Below, piece after piece: positions 23,032 through 35,435 of a stretch of 64,000 nucleotides of DNA (position 1 is its first letter; each line of letters starts with the position of its first letter). Under the pieces are notes generated by a model. That model saw nothing but the letters and a program-made list of their open reading frames with translations, ran no database searches and was not told where the DNA came from. Position numbers and translations under genes: made by a program. The DNA is taken from assembly GCA_002269645.1 (NCBI GenBank), contig NIVC01002876.1:62001-126000 (forward strand), read 5' to 3'. Source of the DNA: Macrostomum lignano (taxonomy: Eukaryota).

Positions 23032-24866
23032 ATTTATTCGGGTTTAAAAACAAATATATTGGCAGTGAAGTTATTGTAACATAATTTCAATATATATATA
23101 TGCTACTTTTGGGGGTGCACTGAGCAGTGTTGAGTAAAGATGTGTACGTATAATTAGTTAAAAACGTGAGTTGAAGCACGCTGATTGGTTAAAGATTGGC
23201 AGCTTAAAGCCTTGCACAAAAAATATTAAAGATGTTAGGTGCTATAGAAAAACAGATTTAGAGCGTAGAAGTGTATGAATAAGCATCTTGAAAAGTTCAA
23301 CAAATAAGTTATTTACGCCCGTAGAATTGAGAACAAATATTAAATTAAAACAGAGCACTGAGAACTTTTCAAAAAGAAGTGCAAGTAAATAGATGTTATT
23401 ACATAAACAGTAAATAAATTGAGTCGCCAGGCAGGCCACTAGTTGCAGTTGGCGGCGTCTGGTCACAGATCGCCGCCTGCACAGCCCCTGGTCACAGGCG
23501 ACTGGGCACTGCAGATCAGTTGAGGCTAGATTATCAGTAGTAGTAGCACTAGTAGTTGCAGTAGTAGCTCGTAGTAGTAGTAATGGAAGTAGTAGTAGTA
23601 CAAGTATTAGTAGAGTAGTAGTAGAGCAGTCGTAGGCGTAGTCGTAGTAGAGACGTACTGGTAAGCAGTTATTTGAAGTAGCCAGGCAGGCCACTAGTCG
23701 CAGTTGGCGGCGTCTGGTCACAGATCGCCGCCTGCACAGCCCCTGGTCACAGGCGACTGGGCACTGCAGATCAGTTGAGGCTAGATTATCAGTAGTAGTA
23801 GCACTAGTAGTTGCAGTAGTAGCTCGTAGTAGTAGTAATGGAAGTAGTAGTAGTACAAGTATTAGTAGAGTAGTAGTAGAGCAGTCGTAGGCGTAGTCGT
23901 AGTAGAGACGTACTGGTAAGCAGTTATTTGAAGTAGCCAGGCAGGCCACTAGTCGCAGTTGGCGGCGTCTGGTCACAGATCGCCGCCTGCACAGCCCCTG
24001 GTCACAGGCGACTGGGCACTGCAGATCAGTTGAGGCTAGATTATCAGTAGTAGTAGCACTAGTAGTTGCAGTAGTAGCTCGTAGTAGTAGTAATGGAAGT
24101 AGTAGTAGTACAAGTATTAGTAGAGTAGTAGTAGAGCAGTCGTAGGCGTAGTCGTAGTAGAGACGTACTGGTAAGCAGTTATTTGAAGTAGCCAGGCAGG
24201 CCACTAGTCGCAGTTGGCGGCGTCTGGTCACAGATCGCCGCCTGCACAGCCCCTGGTCACAGGCGACTGGGCACTGCAGATCAGTTGAGGCTAGATTATC
24301 AGTAGTAGTAGCACTAGTAGTTGCAGTAGTAGCTCGTAGTAGTAGTAATGGAAGTAGTAGTAGTACAAGTATTAGTAGAGTAGTAGTAGAGCAGTCGTAG
24401 GCGTAGTCGTAGTAGAGACGTACTGGTAAGCAGTTATTTGAAGTAGCCAGGCAGGCCACTAGTCGCAGTTGGCGGCGTCTGGTCACAGATCGCCGCCTGC
24501 ACAGCCCCTGGTCACAGGCGACTGGGCACTGCGGATCAGTTGAAGCTAGATTTTCAGTAGTAGTAGCACTAGTAGTTGCAGTAGTAGTAGTAGTGGTAGT
24601 AGAGTAGTAGTAGTACAGTCGTAGTCGTAGCCGTAGTCGTAGTAGTGTCGTGCGTCTTAAATATTCAGCTGCAGAAATAGTACTCTTGCTTATCCCAAGT
24701 AGATTTTTGGCGGAGAATAGCTCGTATACGAAGATATTTTGTTGACAAACATGGCGAGCCTCAATAATAGTCCGGTCCTGGGTACAGATATTCATAAGGC
24801 AGTTTGAAACTGCAAACCACGCACTCGGAAGATATTGAAGGTTACCAGTTGTCGAATGTTCGAAAA

Positions 24867-24907
24867 AAACCGATATTTCGGCCCAGACTGGGCCTTCGTC
24901 AGGGTTT
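24867..24907 (-). ncRNA. Minimal type I hammerhead ribozyme, copy 3
   Basis: Identical motif; predicted cleavage between 24872 and 24871. Confidence 0.88.
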
Positions 24908-26249
24908 ATTTATTCGGGTTTAAAAACAAATATATTGGCAGTGAAGTTATTGTAACATAATTTCAATATATATATATGCTACTTTTGGGGGTGCACTGAG
25001 CAGTGTTGAGTAAAGATGTGTACGTATAATTAGTTAAAAACGTGAGTTGAAGCACGCTGATTGGTTAAAGATTGGCAGCTTAAAGCCTTGCACAAAAAAT
25101 ATTAAAGATGTTAGGTGCTATAGAAAAACAGATTTAGAGCGTAGAAGTGTATGAATAAGCATCTTGAAAAGTTCAACAAATAAGTTATTTACGCCCGTAG
25201 AATTGAGAACAAATATTAAATTAAAACAGAGCACTGAGAACTTTTCAAAAAGAAGTGCAAGTAAATAGATGTTATTACATAAACAGTAAATAAATTGAGT
25301 CGCCAGGCAGGCCACTAGTTGCAGTTGGCGGCGTCTGGTCACAGATCGCCGCCTGCACAGCCCCTGGTCACAGGCGACTGGGCACTGCAGATCAGTTGAG
25401 GCTAGATTATCAGTAGTAGTAGCACTAGTAGTTGCAGTAGTAGCTCGTAGTAGTAGTAATGGAAGTAGTAGTAGTACAAGTATTAGTAGAGTAGTAGTAG
25501 AGCAGTCGTAGGCGTAGTCGTAGTAGAGACGTACTGGTAAGCAGTTATTTGAAGTAGCCAGGCAGGCCACTAGTCGCAGTTGGCGGCGTCTGGTCACAGA
25601 TCGCCGCCTGCACAGCCCCTGGTCACAGGCGACTGGGCACTGCAGATCAGTTGAGGCTAGATTATCAGTAGTAGTAGCACTAGTAGTTGCAGTAGTAGCT
25701 CGTAGTAGTAGTAATGGAAGTAGTAGTAGTACAAGTATTAGTAGAGTAGTAGTAGAGCAGTCGTAGGCGTAGTCGTAGTAGAGACGTACTGGTAAGCAGT
25801 TATTTGAAGTAGCCAGGCAGGCCACTAGTCGCAGTTGGCGGCGTCTGGTCACAGATCGCCGCCTGCACAGCCCCTGGTCACAGGCGACTGGGCACTGCGG
25901 ATCAGTTGAAGCTAGATTTTCAGTAGTAGTAGCACTAGTAGTTGCAGTAGTAGTAGTAGTGGTAGTAGAGTAGTAGTAGTACAGTCGTAGTCGTAGCCGT
26001 AGTCGTAGTAGTGTCGTGCGTCTTAAATATTCAGCTGCAGAAATAGTACTCTTGCTTATCCCAAGTAGATTTTTGGCGGAGAATAGCTCGTATACGAAGA
26101 TATTTTGTTGACAAACATGGCGAGCCTCAATAATAGTCCGGTCCTGGGTACAGATATTCATAAGGCAGTTTGAAACTGCAAACCACGCACTCGGAAGATA
26201 TTGAAGGTTACCAGTTGTCGAATGTTCGAAAAAAACGTGGTTTGCAGTT

Positions 26250-28822
<2,573 letters not shown>

Positions 28823-29289
28823 CACACAGAGGGGACACACTCACACAGACACAATCAATCTAGCACAGACTGATGAATTCAATTGGACTAAATTAAACTA
28901 ATAAATTGCACTTTAATAAAATATTCTGCGGTAAGCAGGCTGGGGAAACAGCGATTCAGTGGTTAAAAAGTATATAAATGGTATTGGTGAATTACTTGTG
29001 CTTCACAGCAAGCAAGTGCAAGTAAATCTGATTTAATTGAGGCATGCAGCATAGGATCATGACAAAACCGGATGGTGAAGGGGTTACAAGTTCACTTCGC
29101 TATTGCTGATCTTGAGCTCACTGAGAATATGAAAAGAAGACAACCTAATATCGAGAATATGGATGACTACATCTCCGAGACCTTTACATCATAAATTATC
29201 TCATGCTCTCTCTCTCTAGATGACTAAAGGATCACGGAACCTCGAGATAATTCCACGATGTTCAGATCATCTCTTGATCTTTTCTAACT

Positions 29290-29705
29290 ACTGCAGATCT
29301 TTAGATCATCTCTTGATCTAGTCTAACAATTGCAGATCTTTAGATTATCTCTAGATCTAGTCTAACAATTGCAGATCTTTAGATCATCTCTAGATCTAGT
29401 CTAACAATTGCAGATCTCTAGATCATCTCTAGATCTAGTCTAACAATTGCAGATCTTTAGATTATCTCTAGATCTAGTCAAACAATTGCAGATCTTTAGA
29501 TTATCTCTAGATCTAGTCTAACAATTGCAGATCTTTAGATTATCTCTAGATCTAGTCAAACAATTGCAGATCTTTAGATTATCTCTAGATCTAGTCTAAC
29601 AATTGCAGATCTTTAGATTATCTCTAGATCTAGTCTAACAATTGCAGATCTTTAGATTATCTCTAGATCTAATCTAACAAAGCCAGAGATCTTCAGATCA
29701 ACTTT
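29290..29705. repeat. Minisatellite, 39 bp, palindrome-rich (CTAGATCTAG, CAATTG, AGATCT)
   Basis: Period of 39 bp (e.g. 29461 to 29500), ~150 bp past the ALG3 stop. Confidence 0.94.
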
Positions 29706-29848
29706 AAAATCTATTCTCAAGATTAAAACAACACGGATAGCTTATACTAAGCCTGTAATATCATTATACAGTACAGTAGCTACCAGGTACTAACCAACAA
29801 TACACCGAAACAATGCCAATAAAGTTAACAAAACTACTAACGAATCAA

Positions 29849-31207
29849 TCAATCAGTTTTGACAGCAGCTGGTCGCAGCAGGCGCAGCATTAGCAACACT
29901 ATCATGACAGCGTGACAGCAGTGCAACAGGCCGCTACTAAAGCTAGTTGACGGATAGGTGTTCCAGCACAGCTCTATACAGCCCAGCAACAGTAGCTGAG
30001 GAGCGGCGGGCAGCCTGCACCGCCAGACCAGATAGTGCAAACTGTGAAAATACCAAACGTAGAACTGATAATGCAGCGATCTGGCGCAGACAACGCCGAT
30101 AAAGTTACTAACAAACAGTACGCAGACAATGTCTTCAACTGCTGGCAAAACTGTCTCTCCTTGCTGTTTCCCAGCCGCTTGTAGAGGATGGAAACGAATT
30201 AATCGACTAATAGAGAGCCGGCGAGTTCTAGCGTAGGCCAATAGAAAGACCAACAGCAGGGTCAGGTGGACAGTCAGCAGGCCAGCGTGGAACAGCCGAT
30301 TATGAAAGACAGCCTCGGGCAGGAAGCGCCAGTTCACCGTCCATTTAAACAGGAATTGTCTGGAGAATTCGAAAGCCCGGCCAAGGTAGGCGGACGTGCT
30401 GTAGGTGAGAAACGGGGCGCCTAGCAACAGTTGGATCAGGGCGCAGACAGACAGCTGGCCGGCCACCTCCCAGACGTGATGACGCATGAGCAGCAGCAGC
30501 AGGAGGCCCGGCGCGTACAGCAGGATGTTCATCTTAACTGACACGGCCAAGCTGTACAGCACGCAGCCAACGGACCAGCGATCGTATAGGAAGCACAGCA
30601 GAGCGGCGTGAAAGAATAGCATAGCAACTGGATCGTTGAATAGACGCAACAGGTGGATAGAATGCACTCGATAGGATAGGCAGCACATGAACACTAACAG
30701 GTAGGGCGGTACCCGGCCAATACGGCGGTAAATTAGCAGAACAATAGCAGTATTGGTCAGGTAGATAGCAGCGAATGCGCACTGAGCAATGAGTATCTGA
30801 CTGCCCCGATCTGTCAAATAGTACAGAGCCGAATAAAAGTACACGAATCCGGCCGGATACACGAGAGGCCCGGTGTCGCCGCTAAGCAGACGATAGTCTC
30901 TAGTACCATTTAGGAAGCCTTCAACTTCTTGCATATAGGCTCGCCAATCGATTTCTGTGTACGGCACGCGCCAGACGATAAGGGCGCAGACAAGAATTTC
31001 GGCTAGTAGCAGCGGTACCGCAACCAAACCGGTGGCGCCCGGTTCCGTTAGCAGATAGCGCGCCCATTCTACTGGGGTACGCGAGGCCAGCTTTTGTCGG
31101 CAAGAATTTATTAGAGAGCGAAGGCTGCCGCTAGCAGACGAGGAAGCTGACGCCGCCGATTTCGGCTTGGCTGGTCGACGGGGCGGCGGAGCCATCGGAT
31201 GCGGCAT
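29849..31207 (-). CDS. ALG3: Dol-P-Man:Man5GlcNAc2-PP-Dol alpha-1,3-mannosyltransferase; intronless, ~452 aa
   Basis: ALG3 motifs VPYTEIDWRAYM, GDTGPLVYPAG, RVHSIHLLRLFND, KWTVNWRF, RSLHYQFYVWY and WNTYPST. ATG at 31207 or 31195; the ORF-track start at 31309 lies in a repeat. Confidence 0.96.
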   Translation of the reverse strand: MPHPMAPPPRRPAKPKSAASASSSASGSLRSLINSCRQKLASRTPVEWARYLLTEPGATGLVAVPLLLAEILVCALIVWRVPYTEIDWRAYMQEVEGFLNGTRDYRLLSGDTGPLVYPAGFVYFYSALYYLTDRGSQILIAQCAFAAIYLTNTAIVLLIYRRIGRVPPYLLVFMCCLSYRVHSIHLLRLFNDPVAMLFFHAALLCFLYDRWSVGCVLYSLAVSVKMNILLYAPGLLLLLLMRHHVWEVAGQLSVCALIQLLLGAPFLTYSTSAYLGRAFEFSRQFLFKWTVNWRFLPEAVFHNRLFHAGLLTVHLTLLLVFLLAYARTRRLSISRLIRFHPLQAAGKQQGETVLPAVEDIVCVLFVSNFIGVVCARSLHYQFYVWYFHSLHYLVWRCRLPAAPQLLLLGCIELCWNTYPSTSFSSGLLHCCHAVMIVLLMLRLLRPAAVKTD

Positions 31208-31284
31208 GAAGATGGGTGAAGTGAGGCTGCGATTAATAAGCGTCATCACGATTCTAAGAGACAATTTAAAGTGATTCCGGAGAC

Positions 31285-31745
31285 AATCTGGGGCGATTCT
31301 AAGAGGCAACTCAAGTCGATTCTAAGAGGCAACTCAAGTCGATTCTAAGAGGCAACTCAAGTCGATTCTAAGAGGCAACTGAAGTCGATTCTAAGAGGCA
31401 ATTCAAGTCGATTCTAAGAGGCAACTCAAGGCGATTCTAAGAGGCAATTCAAGGCGATTCTAAGCGGCAACTGAAGGCGGCTCTAAGAGGCAACTCAAGG
31501 CGATTCTAAGAGGCAACTCAAGGCGATTCTAAGAGGCAATTCAAGGCGATTCTAAGCGGCAACTGAAGGCGGTTCTAAGAGGCAATTCAAGGCGATTCTA
31601 AGAGGCAACTCAAGGCGATTCTAAGAGGCAATTCAAGGCGATTCTAAGCGGCAACTGAAGGCGGTTCTAAGAGGCAACTCAAGTCGATTCTAAGAGGCAA
31701 CTGAAGGCGGTTCTAAGAGGCAGTTTAAGGCGATTTTAAGAGGCA
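31285..31745. repeat. Minisatellite, 23 bp (TCTAAGAGGCAACTCAAGGCGAT)
   Basis: Tandem array directly upstream of ALG3. Confidence 0.95.
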
Positions 31746-32294
31746 ATTTTAAGGGAAATCTTTAAACTTAAGAAAAAACGAATTGCAAAACTAATCACTC
31801 AAATTATTCAAATTAAAATATAGAAAAACAAAGGCACGTAACAGATTTATTCTGAAACTACACAAACAAGAAATTAAATAACGAAAAACATATAAAAGAC
31901 ACGGTAAGATTACTCATTTCTACACCATAGTCCCTATTATTTTAGTAAGAATAGGCCAGAGAGGAAGTTATTAAGCAAATTCTAGTTGTAAAAATTTACA
32001 TACATACAGGTAAAATCGGGTTCCAGTGTGTTATCACAGATATTGATAGATCTCAAAGAACATTAAGGACGTACAGAAAAACCAAAACTTATTAAAAAAG
32101 AATAAATTTCAATCGGCGATTAAAACGGCGTTGGAATATATGGACGGATTTGGTGGTAAAAAAGTACACGCGTACATGTACACAGCAGATACGGGAATCA
32201 GTGGGTAACAGTACATAAAGCAAGTCTCTAAATTAGCGAACCAGTAGTGTACTTTAAGAGTGCATCAGCCATGCTAGCCAGTGTAGTTAAATAA

Positions 32295-33811
32295 TCAATC
32301 GTCCTCTGGGCAGAATGTCTCAGCGGCATCTTCCAGAACCTTCTGCGTATCGGCCAGCTTAATCTGATAATGATGACGATGGGGTATAATAAGGGATTTA
32401 GAAGTTCGTGAACAGACGGTGCAGTACGTTGTGTAATACCTTTGAAGCCCTAGTAAGTCTCATTACGAAAACAAGGCTTCTCAAACAACATCTCTGAACG
32501 GGGATTATTATCCCAAACTAACCAACTTTAAATTGGGATTATTATCCCATCCAACACCTAATTTGTTTTGGGATTATTATCCCATCCAACACCTGATTTG
32601 TTTTGGGATTATTATCCCATCCAACACCTAATTTGTTTTGGGATTATTATCCCATCAGCACCTGATTTGTTTTGGGATTATTATCCCATCCAACACCTAA
32701 TTTGTTTTGGGATTATTATCCCATCAGCACCTACTTGTTTTGGGATTATTATCCCATCCAACACCTAATTTGGTTTGGGATTATTATCCCATCAGCACCT
32801 ACTTGTTTTGGGATTATTATCCCATCCAACACCTAATTTGGTTTGGGATTATTATCCCATCAGCACCTACTTTGTATTGGGATTATTATCCGACCCAACA
32901 CCTACTTTGTATTGGGATTATTATCCCACCCAACACCTACTTTGTATTGGGATTATTATCCCACCCAACACCTACTTTGTATTGGGATTATTATCCCACC
33001 CAACACCTACTTTGTATTGAGATTATTATCCGTTTATTTGTAAAGGGAAAAATATCACGTGCAAGGCTACCTTTGCGTTGGGATAACAATGTCCCACCAA
33101 TGCCCACTAGAGCAATGGGATAGTTTCGCAGTATCTAGAAATCCCATCATCATCAGCTGCACTCACCTCAGAGATGGGATACTGAGTAGGATTAGCCGCC
33201 TCCTCCCGCCCGAAGTCGCTCATAGCTCCGCACTTGGCCACGTCGTCCTTCCAGACGCCCTCATAGATCTGGCCAGTGCTCAGATTATAAAACTTGCCCG
33301 GCCCGTTCTTTTTATCGTCGCGCCATTCGCCTTCGTAGCGGTTCTCGTTCGGCAACCGCAGCATGCCCTGGCCGCAGCGCTGGTCGTTAAGCCATTCGCC
33401 TTCGTACACGGACCCGTCTGCGTAGTACATCCGGCCCCAGCCGCTTCGCTTATCGGCGTAAAATTCGCCCTCGTAATATTCGTTCTCGCCGTACCAATTC
33501 TCGCCGTAGCCGTGCCGCTTGTCGGCCTTCCAGCCACCAGAGTACTGCTTCTTATAGCCGGCACCATTGGGGAGTGGCACGCTGTACACGCCGAATCCGC
33601 AGCGACGACCGTCACGCCAGTCGCCTTCGTACATGGCGCCTGTGCCTTTCCACACCTGGGTGCCGCGGCCTTGCTTCTTATTGGCCTCCCATTCGCCAGT
33701 GTATTCGTCGCCTCGAACCGAATAGATTGTATTGCGTAATCCGGCTTTGTCAGCCTTTCTATCCCATTCTTTCCACAGCGGCTCGGATTGAATATCGCGC
33801 CTATGCGGCAT
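32295..33811 (-). CDS. MORN3: MORN repeat-containing protein 3; ~237 aa
   Basis: Exon 1 33811-33167 (alternative ATG at 33844) and exon 2 32363-32295 (IKLADTQKVLEDAAETFCPEDD*). It shows LWKEWDRKA, repeated YEGEW MORN motifs and AKCGAMSDFGR, as in MORN3. Confidence 0.93.
32500..33030. repeat. Intronic minisatellite, 34-35 bp, containing the inverted repeat GGGAT-TATT-ATCCC
   Basis: Tandem array in MORN3 intron 32364-33166. Confidence 0.94.
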
Positions 33812-33961
33812 GCCTTGACGATTATTTCTGCTGCTGTTGGCCATGCAGTGTAGATAAATATAGTGTTTGAGTTTTGCTTCACTACTACTTAATAGTAGCA
33901 TTTATTGGATAATGTTCAAGGATGTTGCAAAGTACAATGTTGATGATTGTAGAAGAAGACC

Positions 33962-34193
33962 TGAGAAGGGCTGCTAGCAACGTGAGAAGGGCTGCTAGCA
34001 ACGTGAGAAGGGCTGCTAGCAACGTGAGAAGGGCTGCTAGCAAAGTGAAAAGGGCTGCTAGCAACGTGAAAAGGGCTGCTAGCAACGTGAGAAGGGCTGC
34101 TAGCAAAGTGAAAAGGGCTGCTAGCAACGTGAAAAGGGCTGCTAGCAACGTGAGAAGGGCTGCTAGCAACGTGAGAAGGGCTGCTAGCAACGT
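33962..34193. repeat. Minisatellite, 21 bp (GAGAAGGGCTGCTAGCAACGT)
   Basis: About 11 copies upstream of MORN3. Confidence 0.95.
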
Positions 34194-34654
34194 TTAAAAG
34201 CAATTTTTTAAAGAATAAAATACAAGCAAAGCTAGGCACAGTCAATAAAGTCGTTAGACAATAATTTTTATTGAAATGGCACATTACAATTAAAAAATGA
34301 ACAAATGTACTTTTTTACAGAACATGGCATATACGCTCGTAGTACTTAACACTTAGATAAGAGCCCATTGAAAGTGAGACTATTGGTAATATTATAAATT
34401 ACTTTGAGTTTATTGTCTGCACGATAAGCAGTCTTCAAATTTTCACTGATATAGAGCCGCAGGTTGCGTAGGGTAAAGAATCCAATTTATACCAGTCAGG
34501 TTTATCAAACCTTTTAAGGTATACAAAATGCTAAAAATAACGGATGAAGTTAATGAAGCTGAATACACTTTGAATGCCAACACTTAATAAGCAATGTAAT
34601 AAAATATTACTAGTAGTGACCTAGAGGCCCAGAATTTGTTTCGTGTCTCATAGC

Positions 34655-35320
34655 AAACCGGAAGTGACTTTAAATCTTTCGAAACTGATCAATTGTTACT
34701 AACCGGAAGTGATTTTAAATCTCTCAAAAACTGATCAATTGTTACTAACCGGAAGTGACTTTAAATCTCTCAAAAACTGATCAATTGTTACTAACCGGAA
34801 GTGATTTTAAATCTCTCAAAAACTTATCAATTGTTACTAACCGAAAGTGATTTTAAATCTCTCAAAAACTGATCAATTGTTACTAACCGGAAGTGACTTT
34901 AAATCTCTCAAAAACTGATCAATTGTTACTAACCGGAAGTGACTTTAAATCTCTCAAAAACTGATCAATTGTTACTAACCGGAAGTGATTTTAAATCTCT
35001 CAAAAACTTATCAATTGTTACTAACCCAAAGTGATTTTAAATCTTTTAAAACTGATCAAATGTTACTAACCAGAAATGAATTCAAATCTCTCAAAACTGA
35101 TCAATTGTTACTAACCGGAAATGAATTCAAATCTCTCAAAACTGATCAATTGTTACTAACCGGAAATGAATTCAAATCTCTCAAAAACTGATGAATCGCT
35201 ACCAACCGGAAGTGACTTTAAATCTTTCAAAACCGATTAGTTGTTACAAACCGGAAGTGACTTCAAATACAATATATAAAAAACTGATGGCTCATTAACT
35301 AACCGGAAAGTAAACGGTAT
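34655..35320. repeat. Minisatellite, ~46 bp, containing AACCGGAAGTG
   Basis: Period of 46 bp (34741 to 34787), between the CDC40 stop and MORN3. Confidence 0.93.
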
Positions 35321-35435
35321 CTAGCCTAAATAAACGAAGGTTTTTTAATAACCGGAAGTGGCATTAGAATTTGAATAACTGATGAGTAACAGAAAGTGGC
35401 ATAATCGGATCCCATAAAATCCACAGATTAAAGTC

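Larger units (their letters stand above)
21034..26236 (-). mobile_element. Tandem array of hammerhead-ribozyme-bearing non-autonomous retroelement units (retrozyme/Penelope-like)
   Basis: Units are 21034-22909 (1876 bp), 22910-24785 (1876 bp), 24786-26151 (1366 bp) and a partial 26152-26236. Each full unit has one hammerhead motif and 5, 5 or 3 copies of an internal 255-bp repeat. No RT or endonuclease coding is evident. Confidence 0.75.

Noticed and set aside
21548-26000. CRISPR-like regular repeats
   Set aside because: The spacers are identical rather than unique, there are no cas genes, and the context is eukaryotic. The same applies to all minisatellites in the window.
31208-31309. N-terminal extension of ALG3 in the ORF track
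   Set aside because: It starts at a non-ATG codon inside the 23-bp repeat, upstream of an acceptor-like CAG.
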